Shown here piece after piece: positions 50,239 to 64,000 of a stretch of DNA of 64,000 nt. The notes beneath the pieces were generated by a model. It worked only from the letters and a program-made list of their open reading frames with translations, searched no databases and was not told where the DNA came from. The position numbers and the translations under genes are program-made. Location: assembly GCA_040954595.2 (NCBI GenBank), contig CM082597.2, positions 8,587,778 to 8,651,777 on the forward strand. Reading direction: 5' to 3'. The stretch comes from Balanoglossus misakiensis. Its lineage: Eukaryota; Animalia; Hemichordata. Each line of letters starts with the position of its first letter. Positions within the stretch are counted from its first letter, which is position 1.

Positions 50239-50554
50239 TTGCTGCAGTTTGCAGCCCCTCCATCTCCCCTGGACGATTTTTGTTTTTGCGGGGCTGCAGG
50301 TCCCAGCTATTCTAAACCGCACAACGAGCGACCGGGATTTGGGCCCGGAGCGAATTTCTACACTCCAGACGTCTCCAGTCCACAATTTTCCACAATTTTT
50401 TCGCCAAATCGGTCCCGGAACCCATACAGCGCTTACCTGGCAAAGGATGTCGCGGTATTTGTCGATTTTGCCTACGTTTTCCCCAGTTATTCAACTTCAA
50501 TCGGCAAAACCAAAACTCGTTCAGGGGAGATGGAGGGGCTGCAAACTGCAGCAA
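50239..50554. mobile_element. TIR element with 10-bp flanking direct repeat (Mutator-like?)
   Basis: ~50-bp arms TTGCTGCAGTTTGCAGCCCCTCCATCTCCCCTG; GGGCTGGGGG both sides. Confidence 0.6.
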
Positions 50555-53500
50555 GGGCTGGGGGCTGCAGGCAGAATATATGACCAAAGGATACGCGTGA
50601 AAAAAAGACAATTACCTACTTTGCTACCGTGGGTCTTTGACTAATTAAAACATGATAACGTGCATCAAAGCCAGCCGAGGCTTCAGGGGCATAGTATTCC
50701 TGAGTTTATACGCGAAGAAACCAAGAAATATTCATGAGTATGTAGACGGAACTTGTCTTTTAGCTCAAATTTGACCTGGCTTGAGGTCACTGTGACAGCG
50801 CAGCCAGCGGTAGAATTGGGGTAGGCATGAAGAACATATCTACTACAAAAACTGGTGAGGGCGGGGGGGGGGAGATGGGGGGGTGGGGGCTTTTCAGTTT
50901 AGTCACGGTCCTTGGTTTTGGCCTTCGGCTTCACTAGAAAAACCAAAAAACCACAATGCCGAAGGCCAACTCGTCGAAGCACCTGGTACGTCTATGGCAG
51001 AAGTCAGTATTTACATGTTCTGACTCGATACACGCCATGCACTTGCCAAGAGATTCCACGAGGAATACCATGATGATGAACGGCTCGGGCTTCTTCGTGT
51101 GCACGAAGACACGATACTAGGCTTCATTGACCCTGTCTCATTCTTTTCTTTTCATGCGCATAAGGACATGAAAAGTCGACCTAACCTTTTGTTTTATCAC
51201 TTACTGTGGTTTTATAGGGATGCTGTGAGTGAAAAAGTGGCACATTCGGGTTGTTGCCTTATACTTAATTTCTCCATTTCTATTGGAGCAGGCTACACCG
51301 GGCCCAGGGTCGAACTTAAACCAATTTGCAGCCGTGATGGTCGAACAATGTCCGACAAACTTTAGGCACGTCAAGCTTATGCCTTCCTGGGTCGCCCGAC
51401 AAGAATGAACTTCTATTTTAACGATAGGGCCTATTCCAATCGATACCCGCCGTATCAGTCACGCAATAATGAACACGAAATCCAGATCCCCCAAAATGAT
51501 GTTTCACTAGACTCGGGGAGAGTGCTGTTTAGTACCAACAGGCAATTAAAGGTATACGGTCACCTATGGAAAATTAGCTATAGTTACCATGGCAAATTGA
51601 GATGTAGCCAATCACAGATTTTTAGTGGGTGGCACACGCGAAAAAAGAGCGCCGCCATATGTTCTCATCTCAGCCATATATGGTCCTATGTAACCACCTC
51701 ATGTCATTTACAGAATTGGAACACCCTAAAGAATGTCATGCAGACAATGTCACGTGTTGTTCCATGACCAACCAAACAACAAACTCATGTCCAAATCAAT
51801 TAAATTCCAAAGAATGCTCCAAATATGCAGAATTGCCACGCAAGTCGAGCATACTTAAGCACTCTGCACAACTGAAACATAAAATCCAAGCTTTTAACAA
51901 TACAACAATAAACAATCCATTCTGATCGAATTAATGACCAAATAAAACGAAAAACACAACTCGACCCACAAAAAGTATACGAAGCGCTTTTTATCGCTCA
52001 TTAATGTTTGATCTCGAAGAGACGTGTTAAAAAATCCGCTATGAAAAGCAGGGGAGAACAATAGCCTATTTTTACCAGGTAAACAGACACCAGGTAAAAA
52101 TCCACCCATGCTTCCAGACCGCTCTAGGATAGTGATCCATCCAATGAAACTGTATCTCTTTAACTTTAATTTGCAAACTCGTGGAATTGATCATTTTATA
52201 AATCGCTCCATTTTGACGTTTTCTCTGTGGTTTGTTAATATGAATTTTGTCTGTGCCAAATCTGTCCTCTAATACTGTCACTTGTATTAGAGTTCAAATT
52301 ACACAGAAGTATAATACAACGTTTTGAAAAAGACAGACATTTTTCGTGGGAACGGTGATATACTTAGGCCACACTCGAGCTAAAAACAAAAGTCTATATT
52401 TTATCAAAAATGCCTTGGACGCACAAACATCTACAGGATGTGGAAGGGGCAGGTCAAAACCGCGATCTACAACTGTGCCTCCCCCCCCCCACGGCTGTCT
52501 TGCTTCTATTTGGAGTGTCAATATGTGATTTAGCGTTGTTTGCGGCAGAGACTAAGCTTTGTTCTTGTTTCACTCCATTTGCTGCATTGTGCTGTGCTCT
52601 GGTATTTCTCCAGGGTCTACGGTTACACTATAGGCTGATTAGTCGTATCTTTACTACACAGACAAAAAACTTCGAAGCTTTATGTCTGTGCCTTTTATGA
52701 ACAAGCATCGTCCGATTCGAATTCGACTCGTCATCGGTAGCTATGTTTATTTCGCCCTTGGAGACCTCCCCTGGCCTCGTTAGGATGACTGTTACCAGGA
52801 CTACCTTAAACCAATCTTTTCGAACCGGACGGTACACACGACATGTCTATGTTAATTGTCCAGGTACCAGAGTGTACGTGTGGGCTCCCTAAACCCCTCA
52901 TTGGCGGCCGGTCCCTGTCCGAATAAACACGTTTGACAGACAAAAAATGATGAACAAGTGGCTTACTTCAATACTTCGTTAACTAGACGGCTGAACTCTG
53001 AATGTTGATTCAGCAAAAAAAATGTGTTCACGGCAAGGTTTCGATCAATACGACACATTTACCATTGAAAACGCCCAAAGTAAGTGGGGGCGTTTGACCA
53101 TCAATCAAACCCACGCCCAGGTGCATGTGAACGGCCGAAGCAGTGTAACGTTTCACATTCCGTGCAACGTCCGACACTGTGTGAAAGCGGTTGCTGTCGG
53201 GTGGCTTGACCTAATTTTCGTACATTGATATGCATTTGACACTTCACTACCTGTTTTCTCAATATTGCTAAAACTTTGCGTTGAAATATCACTGAAATGT
53301 TGATGATCCACGCACAAGTCGTCTACCCCGGCATGAAAAGCTTTTATACAAGAAAACTAATTGCACATGACCACCAAGGTCATACCGCCAGGTGTGTCTA
53401 AATGTCAAGGAAGGACATTGGGAGGGGGGACTTGGGTCAAGAACGACCATGACGGAGGAAAAACCGACAAGTCATTGTGTAACCTGTTTACTTGCCAATA

Positions 53501-54187
53501 GTCAAACGTCAAAATTTACTCTCAACTTGGTTGCAGATCGAGTCTCCCGAATTTCCAACTTTTATGATTGGGTAAATACCGATATGCGACTGGTATGCGA
53601 CGCGTTGACGACGCGAAGATTTTGTTGAAATCAAATGGTTTGTCAAATGTCATCTCACAGTGGAGATACCGTGGTCATCTGACATGAAAGGGTTCGATTG
53701 GGTCTGACCGCCGTCGTTCATCCATGCTTAGAAAGCGGCGATCATGGTACAAAGTAAAACCAAGGTCAAACCTTACTGAACACATGTATTGCATGGAGAA
53801 ACTTTTCTCCCTGTCTGTGTACTGAACACGTACCGTGATTGCCATAGTTACAAACGTTACCCCGTGAGAGAGATTGCATTTTACATCTGTCTTTTCAATT
53901 TTGTTGCTTTCTTACTATTCGGAATGATGGAGTCGAAACGAAAACTTTTTGCTTCAGGTGGACCTAGGGGAAATACCTTATTTGTGACTTTTTTCATGGC
54001 CCTAAAAAGACGTCGGAATTAATGTGGCTGAGGTCACTCAGGACGACGGAATGGTTGAGCGATTTTCTTTTATGAGCTCCAACTAGTATTTGTTTTATTG
54101 TTTCGGCAGTGTGTCGCGTTATTCGAGCAATCTGCAGTCTGAAAACGAACGGTTTTCAAAGTTTATAACAGAAGAACAGGGGTTTAA

Positions 54188-54982
54188 GATGGGTCCCTAG
54201 GATCTTTTTGCTCGTTGCTATGGGCCTTTATAGGACACTACACTCAATTTTGATCGAAACCGTTATGAACGTCCGACAAGGGGCTTGTAACTAGTTAAAA
54301 ATACACACGATTGTGTGCACACCCCCTGTCTGAGTATGTTTACGGCAGCTACCGCCCGGCCATAGGCCACCACGCTAATACGGCAAAGCAGCGGTCAGCG
54401 ATAGCGAGCGCGTCCTGTAACCACAGTAACTGGATCGAACGCTAAAAATCCAATGTTTTGTACACAGAGATTTTGTACCGTTCACGAAAATCCCTAAGGC
54501 TTTTTTCACAGGCGACGTAGGCCAGCCAAATTTGACCTGCTTGTTGAGAACGCACTTCCGCATAGTGTGACGGATCGTTTTTTCGGTTTTCGTCGTGCTA
54601 AGAAGCGATACCAGTGGAAGAGTGCGTCCAAAAACACCCAAAATCGATGACTTTTTCAGGTGTGGTACGGGTATGCTGAAATCGTAGGATACAACGATAA
54701 TATTCGAAAACAAAATCCGTCACGATCTTCCCTGGTTCAAGCAACTAATGAATACGTATCAAGTTCGTTTTTGAGGTCACGGAATAAAAAGCCTTAGGCT
54801 TTTGAAATTTGACCTAACTAATTTGCATATCAATGGCGTCAGGGGGCGCGCGCTCACAATCGTGCGTATTTTCAACTAGTTACCAGCCCCTTGTTAGACT
54901 CTGAAAACGGCTTAGTCCAAATCGGGGTGTAATGTCCTATAAAGGCCCATAGCAACGGGCAAAAAGATCCTAGGGACCCATC
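54188..54982. mobile_element. Kolobok-like non-autonomous transposon
   Basis: ~55-bp TIR GATGGGTCCCTAGGATCTTTTTGC..; TTAA on both sides. Confidence 0.8.
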
Positions 54983-57349
54983 TTAAGCATGAAAGGTCCT
55001 GTTGTCTCCCTCGCTGTGTTTGTGTCACTGTGTCTTTGACGTCTGACTGACTGATTAACTGGCTGACTGACTAACTGACTGTTTGTCAACGTCGGTCTGT
55101 CTGACTGTCTGCCCCCTCTCTCTGAGAGAGAGTGAGAGAGCGAGCGAGCGACCGATGAGTGTCTCTACTGATGACTGTTGCTCTGTCTGTCTGCTTGTGT
55201 CTGTCTGCCACTCTGCCTGTTTCACTCTGTATCTCCTAATTTCTTTAACAATAAGTTAGCTGCCAGTACACTCAATGATGTACGCGCAGAACGTCAACTG
55301 GTAAACTGTGCGCCTGTGTCTCTTCCCATAGGAGTACATGGAGAATAGTTAGAAAACTCACTTCTACTATTGTCATTTTCATGAAATGTTACACATAGCT
55401 CCGACAAATCAAAATAAATTCACCACGCTCTATTTTGAGATAAACTTTGTTCAATATTGTATCCATAGACAAACCATTGGTAGAAAATGCTGACCGTTAG
55501 CAGTTTTCTTCAATTGTCGACTAAATTCACGGCCTTGTTTAAAGTCGAAAACAAGTGCAGTGACCCAAAATGGATTTTCATTATACATACAAATCAGAAA
55601 CGAAAATTCACGATTAAAAGAAATGACAATGCTTTCAATTTTACTGATCGTACATCCTTAACTCGCTGCCCTTTTCCATGTTTGATACAAAACACCGTTT
55701 ATGTTAATGTAAATGTGGATATATAGTGATGCAACGTTCAACCGCACACACCTTCCATCCCGCATGTAGACACGAGAGCGAAAACTCGCCAAACTGAAAA
55801 ATCGGTCTCTACCATTTATTCATTTTGGGCGACTTTTTACTCTTATATCATACAAGCAGGATGGAAGTAGTGTGTGGTTGAACGTTCATTCACTACATAT
55901 ACACATGCCCATTAATATAAACGGTGTCTTGTATCAAACATAATTAATGGAAAAGGGCGACGAGAGAGAGAGTTTGTCCCTTTAAGGCGACATGATGCAT
56001 GAAGTGGCGAGAGATAAACGCGGCTGACCACCGCATTAAACACTGTCAAGCAAGGCACTTCAAATGCCAATTGTTTAAGTGTGTACTAAGTAATAGGTTC
56101 ATGTACCATGTCCTGGGGGGGGGGGGGTCAAATCACAACAGTTGGACATGTACGAATATGAAGAGACGATATCAGTTTTTTCATGTCTTCCTTTAGTAAA
56201 ACATCTTTTTTGAACTTTGTATAGAATTCATTGAACTTTACTTTAGCTTATGAACTCTCATTTGCACATCGTCATCTTGAAATTGTGTCGACTTTATCAT
56301 AAGGTTTTTATCACTCAACTAGGTCGCAAAACCTATTTAAGTTAGTGAGAATAGGACGTTCACCTTTTGAGTTGATGGCTACAGCCGTTAATCCTGACTC
56401 ATACACATGTTGCAGCCAGTATACTCTGCAGACATTGGACACAATAGTTTTACGAACCATTAAATTTTATTGGACCATCAAGTTTATTGACCCATGACGT
56501 TCATATAGATTTTATGACACGACTGACGCTATAATCGGTCCTTACCTTCGGCGAGCCAAGTGTTTTATAACATCATAAGATATTAATACCTATCACCCAG
56601 TCAAACGATTTCAAGTTATAAAATTTCCACGCCAATAGGACGCCTTTAGGTGGAAATGCAACCAGGTATCCTGAATAGGAAAATATTCCGGGTATCTGTC
56701 AAGTTTAGTCCCATATTTAGGGGACCAAGCGTCCTCAGGCGCTTGGTCCCCTTCTGTTATTGCTGGAGTTTGTCTTCTTTCTTCTTGAGTCGTTTTTTTG
56801 CGCCCGTTTTTCTCTGAAATTCCGGCAGGTGCGCCTTCCAAATTTAGCACGGTGGTTGGGGCCCGCCCATGAGTACTGGTGCACCTGTCCTTTGCATTTG
56901 TAATTAGTCACGTGACTTTGTGGCTATAATCGAGCGAAATTTTCAAATTGACCTAATTTGCACGTTAATGGGGGCATGTACATTCTTTTCGCGATTTTTG
57001 TAGACCATGTGGCCAAAATCCCCTGTGCCAAATTTCAAGGTCCTAGGCCACGTCGATTTTGAGAAGAAGATTTTTGTAATATTTTTTCGCATTTTTTGGT
57101 GGGCTGAGGACGGACATTGGGGCATCGGACTTTGACCGTCATTACGTAATGTTGTGGAGATCTCATTAGCAGGCTACTCACTTCTGGCGGGTTGCAGTAG
57201 TCCTTGGAAAATCGGCTGAAATACGTAAACAGACCAGTGATTATTTTCCACGGAATGAATTTTGGGACAACACATTATCGGAGTTCAGGCTGTGTTAGGG
57301 CGTTTTATTGAATTACGCTGAGTTTGGATTGACCACTGTGTTACCACTG

Positions 57350-58699
57350 AAATTTCTCATAGCAATGTTCTTTCAATTTCGAGTCTTTGCAATGTTGTTG
57401 ACTCCGACCATATTCTTGTTTCAATAGAGGTTCATTTCAACACTTCTGCTGATGAAAGCTTCAGCAGTAGTTCCTTCAAGCAATGTAATTTTCAAGTTGA
57501 TTGGAAAAAATTGTCACAGCAGAATATATCCGCCTACACCCGTTGTACCAAAGCCAAGGTTGATAAGATTAATTTATCCGAAGAGTTATTCTGCACTAAT
57601 GTGAACTGTACAGACCCTTCGCATTTACAGGCATTTGATACTTGTTATAGTAGTATTGTGGACGCATTGAATTGTGCTGCAAAAGGTACCATTAGGCGTA
57701 AGTTTCACCAGAAAGTTCATGTTGTGCCTGGCTGGAACGATTTTGTAAAAGAAAGTCACGACTATGCCCGTTCCATGTTTTTATTATGGGTTAATGGGGG
57801 GTAAACCTAAACAAGGCCCGCTTTTTGAAACCATGAAATCTTCCAGAGCTCGTTTTAAGTATGCTTTACGTGCTTGTAAAAAGATTGAGAATCAAAATAG
57901 GGCTGACAAGTAACTGACAATTTACGCTGCCACAAACAGAACGACTTCTGGAAGGAAGTCAGAAAGCAAACTAGCAGAAAAATGCCGCTTTCTGACACTG
58001 TAGGTGGAGCGACTGGTGAGAGTGAAATTGCAATTATGTGGCACAAGCATTTCAGTGATATTTTGAATTCTGTCCAGGCTCAGACTGGTAAAAATGACAT
58101 CGAGGAGAAAATGAAGTATGTTAAATTTTATTCTGATATGTATGTTTCTGAAGAAGAAGTAATTTCTGCTATACATAAGTTACCTGACGATAAGACAGCT
58201 GGCATTGACAATATTTCAGCTGAGCACCTCAAATTCTCAGACTCCTCTATTTTACCCATTTTGACTTGTTGTATTAATGCTATGATTGTTCATGGTTACC
58301 TGCCAACTGAGGCAATCAAAGTTATTTTAGTTCCAATTAAGGATAAAACTAAGCTTTGTAGCGATGCCAGTAACTACCGGCCGATAGCACTAGCAACTGT
58401 TTTCTCTAAAGTTTTTGAGCCTATTTTACTTTCTCGTTGTGAGGAGTTTCTTACCTCTCATTATTTACAATTTGGTTTCAAGCGAGAACATTCAACTGAC
58501 CTGTGTTTATTTGCATTTAAAGAAATCATTAGCTACTACACCAGCAATGGAAGACCAGTGTTTACTTGTTTTCTGGATGCTTCAAAAGCTTTTGACAGAG
58601 TTAATCGCTTTAAACTGGTTAACAAGCACATCGACAGGAATGTTCCCTTGTATGCTGTACGAATTTTATATTAATGGTACAGAAATCAATTGTTTACTG
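57350..58699 (+). mobile_element. Degraded non-LTR retrotransposon ORF2 fragment (RTE-X-like)
   Basis: PGWN, RARFKYALR, NYRPIAL, QFGFK, FLDASKAFDRV; frameshift and stops; cut by LTR. Confidence 0.85.
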
Positions 58700-59220
58700 T
58701 ATTACGGCTGGTTTCTCATGATTGTTCATGCATCGGGGAATCTGTAGCGATGAGGTATCGGGCTCTGACGAGAACAGTGATCCACGGAGACACGTATCTG
58801 ATTCACGTTCATTTATTGTGCAGAACTACTCCAGTACATCAAATACGCCCAGTAAAGTACATGAGGAAGGGAACGAGCTCAGTAGCCTGAGGTACTCCCA
58901 TCTCCCGTTAGATTATTTCTCCTCAACTTTGGAAACAAAGTTCTCTTATAATTACTTTTCTCAAGGCGTGGTTAATAATGTAAAATATATGTGTTACAAT
59001 TTCATTGGGCATCCGTCAACTCTATACGAACCAATTTACATAAGGTGTTATATAACAAAGTCAGTTCGGTGATGATTGACAATCAGAGCAGTCAGTTAAA
59101 CACCCGCTCTCCCTATCTACTTCAAATACATAAAATCAAATACTATCAAACATTGACATTTCCGAGCTCTGGATTAATTAACCCTTGAAATCGTATTTGA
59201 CCTTTATACAGATCGTAACA
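58700..59220 (-). mobile_element. 3' LTR of Ty3/Gypsy element
   Basis: PPT AAAAGGAGGGGAG abuts TGTTACG at 59220; matching end TATTACG at 58700; AATAAA (minus) near 58812. Confidence 0.8.
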
Positions 59221-60195
59221 CTCCCCTCCTTTTAACCCAATGCGTCCCGCATTGGACACAAATCTCTTAAAGAGCAGTACACCAAGGGTAATCGTTCAAT
59301 TCCACCCCAAGAATATATTAAGATGTACCGTATGATTTTGAAATGTAAGAGTACAATATATATATAACAAAATTGAAGTAAAAAAATCGAGTCATGTCTA
59401 TGAAGTGATCGTCTTGAAAAATTATAAAATTACAATAAAAAAATTACTACAGAATAAAAGTACATATAAACTTAAAATAGTATGTGCTCATAAAACCTTC
59501 GCACACATATCCACGTACTAATATAACCAATAAAATCGCAACTCCTTCTGTAAACCCATAAAACGTTGTATCCATCATTCAACACAATCTGAATATATGT
59601 TGTCTTATTGACTCAAAAGAAACACTCTTGCATTCTTTTACATCGAACGATCATCCGACATTCCTTATTCTCGAGTTACGTCATGTCGGGTAAATTCAAT
59701 AACCTTAAAAAAATTAAAACTGAAACATCTTAGCGTTTTGTCAAAAATCCACTTTTTACAACATCGAAAATGGCAATTTCTTTGGTTTATTTTAACAAAC
59801 ACATAGCCATTAAAAGGGGCTATTTACACAATTTGGATCATCTATTTAGGTCATCAAACGAACGGCAAATTCAACTCACAAAATCTCTGCAACTTCAAAC
59901 TTCACTGGTAATTTCTTTACAACTCAAATACATAAACACATTTAAACAGAGTGACACGGGAACCAGGTTGCACAGCTCTTACAACTAAACTCAGCAAACA
60001 ACGGATAATAAAATGTCATTCGACAACTTACGTAACATTAAACGAATCAAGGGACACGCCAATCGTACACTCACTCATACAGGCCGGCCAACACTCATAC
60101 CTCTCATTCATATTCAAATATTCATTTCAATCAACCACGTGTCTCCCTTTTCCGTTTTTTTTCTCTGTTACGCATATATTTTTCTGTCCATAGAT

Positions 60196-63100
60196 TTAAA
60201 TGTGCAAATGTGCTATAACCTGTTTCCCTTGTATCTTTACAGGATTTCTTATCAAATACTCTTTCGCAGTTTCATTCAAATTGTCTTCATCCTCCCACGT
60301 ATTATGTTTGTTTGAATAATTCTTCCACTTAACCAAATACTGTAATTTCCCATTTCTATATCGACCCTTTAACACATTGTCTATATCGTAAAATGGCTCA
60401 GAAACATTAGTCTGACAATTTCCATTGTTGTCAGTTTCATCGAAAGCACTGGGATTTGTCCTTGACGACAAATCTCTCAATCCCAATCCCTCAATTTGAT
60501 CAGAACCATTTTCTGATTCTACATATGTTTCTGCTTCTGGACTTTGACGTATTTCGGTCCCATTTTCATAATTTGTGGTTTCTGGGACATTGTTTTCGTC
60601 ACCCGACTCATCAGATGAGGATGATTCAAACTCTGAGGGCCGCAAATAAGCTCTTTTTAGTCTATTTACATGAATGACCTTACGATAATTCCTGGTGCTA
60701 TTTATGAAACGCAACTTATAATTAACAGGACCCACCTTCTCAGAAATAATGTAAGGACCTGTCCACTTATGTACGAATTTCTTATTAACTCCTGGTTTAA
60801 CAGATGGTGTGTATAAATATACAGGATCCCCCACTTTAAGATTTTGTGACCGTTGGATATTTTGATCATAACGGTCCTTCATATTCTGTTGATATCGATC
60901 TGTATTCTCTTTGGCGATTTTATGAGCTATCTCCCTTTTAGCAGCTAAATGTTTAAGGTGTGTATCTATATTTCTCGTCCTCCCCTCAACTGGCTGGAAT
61001 TCAACATCCATGGGCAATGTGGGATGCCGACCATATAACAGATAATAAGGACTGAACCCACTGGACTCTTGAGGGCTAACTCTATAAGCGAAAAGCACTG
61101 AACTTAGGTACCGATCCCAATCTTTCTGTTTACTATCGACAAACATGGACAGCATGTCGACTAGGCAACCATTGAAACGCTCTGTAAGGCCATTAGTCTG
61201 TGGACGATAAGGGGTCGAAACTTTCCTCTGGATGTTGAAAAAATTTGCAAGTTTCACGAACTACTTGGGATAAAAAATTCGATCCCTGATCACTCAGCAA
61301 AACTCTGGGGCTGCCATAAGTAGCAATTACTTCATCAAACAAGATCTTAGCGACTGTCTCAGCTCTTGCATTACGTAATGGATATGCTAGTGGAAATTTA
61401 GTAAAGTAATCAGTAAGTACTAAGATGTATTTATGACCATCATACGTTCTAGGGAGGGGTCCCACAATATCCATACCCAGTCGGTCCCAGGGTCCTGATA
61501 CTGGAATAGGTAACAACTTAGCATGAGTAGGGGGTGTGGCTCTCTTTCGTGTGTGACAATGTGCGCATGTCTTTACGTACATATTAACATCCCGGGGCAT
61601 CCTTTCCCAAAAATACCTCTGTCTTAAAACTCCCAACGTTTTAGTGTATCCCAAATGTCCTGCTAAAACACAATCATGAGCCCACCGCAGAACATAATTT
61701 CTTAAGGACTTAGGTATCACAACCTGTCTAACACAATCTAATTTACCAGCTGATTTCCCCGTAGGTTTCCAAAAATGATACAAAACCCCGTCAACAATGT
61801 CATAATTTGGAGCCATACTAACAAATTTACGAGCTAACTTTTGATCAGTTGGTAACTCATCATTCTCTAAATAATTAAGAAATTTATTCAAATAATTATC
61901 CTTTCTCTGTTCTCCCTTCATTCGTGATTGCACCTCACTGTCGAATGTTTTATCCACTTCAGTGTTGGAAGCATTTTCCTCCACGTCAGTGTTAGAAGTG
62001 TCGTTAGAACTGTTAAGTAAAATCCCATACCCAGATGTGTCCTCACTATTATCAGAATTATGAACCCCAGGTTCGGTTTGTTGCCCTGTATGTACATTAT
62101 TTATACAAGGTGAGTTTATGGGCTCAGTGTTTAAACAGTTATCTACCATTGGAAACTGACTGTTAGGCTTGTAATTCATTTCAGGCGCATGCTCTAAATC
62201 AGTGACGTCGGACCTGTACCCCTCACATTGTTGATATGGTCCCCTTGACAACCCGTCAGCATTCATGTGTTTCTTACCAGGTCTATAGATAATTTCGTAC
62301 TGCTGCATGGTCATTATCCAACGGCCAATACGCCCCCTTGGTATTTTCTGTTTAAACATGTAAGTCAGATTGGAGTGATCAGTCACTATAGTGACATGGT
62401 TGCTCCGTACACAGTGATCACATTGTCGGATAGCATGAATGACGGCCAAAGCTTCCAATTCTGTAATTGAGTAATTTCTTTCGTGACAGTTTAAACTTCG
62501 ACCCCCATATAAAATCACTCGTTCAACACCATTCTGTCGTTGAGCTAAAACAAACCCCAGGGCATGAGTGGAACTATCGGTATAAATTATGAAATTTTCA
62601 TTCATATCCAGATACCCTAGAATTGGTGCTTGACACAGGACATGTTTTAATTTCTCAAATGCATGTTCGCATCGATCATCCCATTCAAATTTCGTGTCCT
62701 TTCCCAACAATTTATGCAGAGGCCTTGCAATGATCGAGAAATTCTTTATAAACTTTCTATAATAATTGGCCAACCCCAAAAATGATTTCAGCTGTGTGAC
62801 AGTATGGGGACGGGGATATTCTTTAACAGCTGTTACTTTACTCCCATCAACCGCAATTCCATCCTTACTGATAATATGACCCAAAAATTTAACATTCTTT
62901 CTCATAAATTGACATTTGCTGGGTTTTAATTTCAATCCAGCTTGACGTAACCTGGTTAGGACAGTATCAATGTGTTGTAGATGCTCCTCAAAAGAGCTGC
63001 TAAATATAATAATATCATCAATATAACATAACACATATTGCCACATAATATTGCGTAACACGTGTTGCATAGTACGCTGAAAACAACTGGGACTATTTCG

Positions 63101-64000
63101 CAACCCCTGGGCAAGTCTCCTGTATTGATATAACCCTTGATGTGTGACAAAAGCTGTTTTTGGTCTGCTCTCTTCATCTAATTCCAATTGAAAAAATCCT
63201 GACTGTAAGTCAAGCGTCGAAAAATACTGAGGCTTATTCTTGCCTAACATTTCAAGAGATTCGTCAGTTCTGGGTAAAGGAAACGAATCAGGCACTGTAA
63301 TATTATTCAAATGACGGAAATCTGTGCAAAAACGCCACGAACCATCAGGCTTTTTGACTAAAACTACTGGACTAGCAAACGGTGAAGTGGACGGCTCGAT
63401 AATATTTTGTTCTAACAGCTGATCAACTTGTCGCTCAAGTTCACGCCTTTTCTCAGGCGTTACTCGGTAAGGTGGGCGACGGAACGGGGCAGCACCCTCT
63501 TGTAATCGTATTGTATGTTTGATTACATCACAGTTGCCTAAACGACCACTAGAATCAACAAAAGCTTCCATATTGTGCAGTAAAACATCTCTAAGCTGTT
63601 TACGCTGTGCCTTAGTTATCTCTAATTCATTAAATTTCAATTGACCCATCAAATAATTCGTCTCTTTCTGTGTACGGGGCCCTTGAGGTGAGACACAATT
63701 AACGGCAGTATTATCGAGTGGGATTATTTCACTATTACGGGGCAAGGGCGAAAACATTCCAACAACACTGTTTTTCTTAATTTTGACCACAGTATCCAAA
63801 GTGTTTACAACTCGCATGGGAAGAAAATTCTTATTCGAATAGGCCAACCCCCTTCTTAACGGTACGTCTGATTGTAATCTTAAAATATTACTCTTGAAAT
63901 CAATAACAGCTCTATAACGCTTCATAAAATCAAGTCCCAAAATCAGATTATGCTGAAGAGACTCAACTAAATTAACATACAGTAATACACGCTTATTCCC
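60196..64000 (-). mobile_element. pol: Ty3/Gypsy pol (PR C-term, RT, RNase H, integrase, GPY/F, chromodomain) with one frameshift at 61238-61243
   Basis: ILGLDF, RFCTDFR, YIDD, YTDSS, TDH, H..GHLG..C..C, GMDIVGP, SDQG, GLTER, WTGPY, YLVKWKNY..NTWE. Confidence 0.95.

Noticed and set aside
52628-52837. Possible signal-peptide first exon
   Set aside because: It starts at GTG just after an in-frame stop, has no in-frame ATG upstream of the hydrophobic stretch and no convincing donor.
61231-61250. AAATTTT slippery-like heptamer at the pol frame break
   Set aside because: Restoring integrase needs removal of one T (a +1 shift) inside the catalytic core; a homopolymer indel is more likely than programmed -1 frameshifting.

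Overview
This is AT-rich animal genomic DNA, probably from a marine invertebrate; the species cannot be determined from the sequence. Bases ~293-49504 hold about 55 GT-AG exons on the minus strand. In transcription order they encode CTLD-LDLa-CUBx3-CCPx4 (an Uninflatable-like head), a Ser/Thr-rich exon and an unassigned exon. These are followed by a head-to-tail amplified kielin/chordin/Crossveinless-2-like cassette [EGF-EGF-cbEGF-(VWC)n-VWD(GDPH)-C8], present as one 3' fragment, one full unit and one unit running off the left edge. A recent ~19 kb-offset duplication (4915-15636 vs 23735-34711) underlies this. More than ten stops, frameshifts, splice lesions and exon losses suggest a decaying or pseudogenic locus, although assembly error cannot be fully excluded. 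Introns are full of non-autonomous DNA transposons (Tc1/pogo-, Kolobok-, EnSpm-, Crypton- and HINE-like) and a rearranged RTE LINE. The right end holds an RTE-X-like LINE fragment interrupted by a chromodomain-bearing Ty3/Gypsy element. All coordinates were read by eye; family assignments rest on motif recognition and recall, not database searches.
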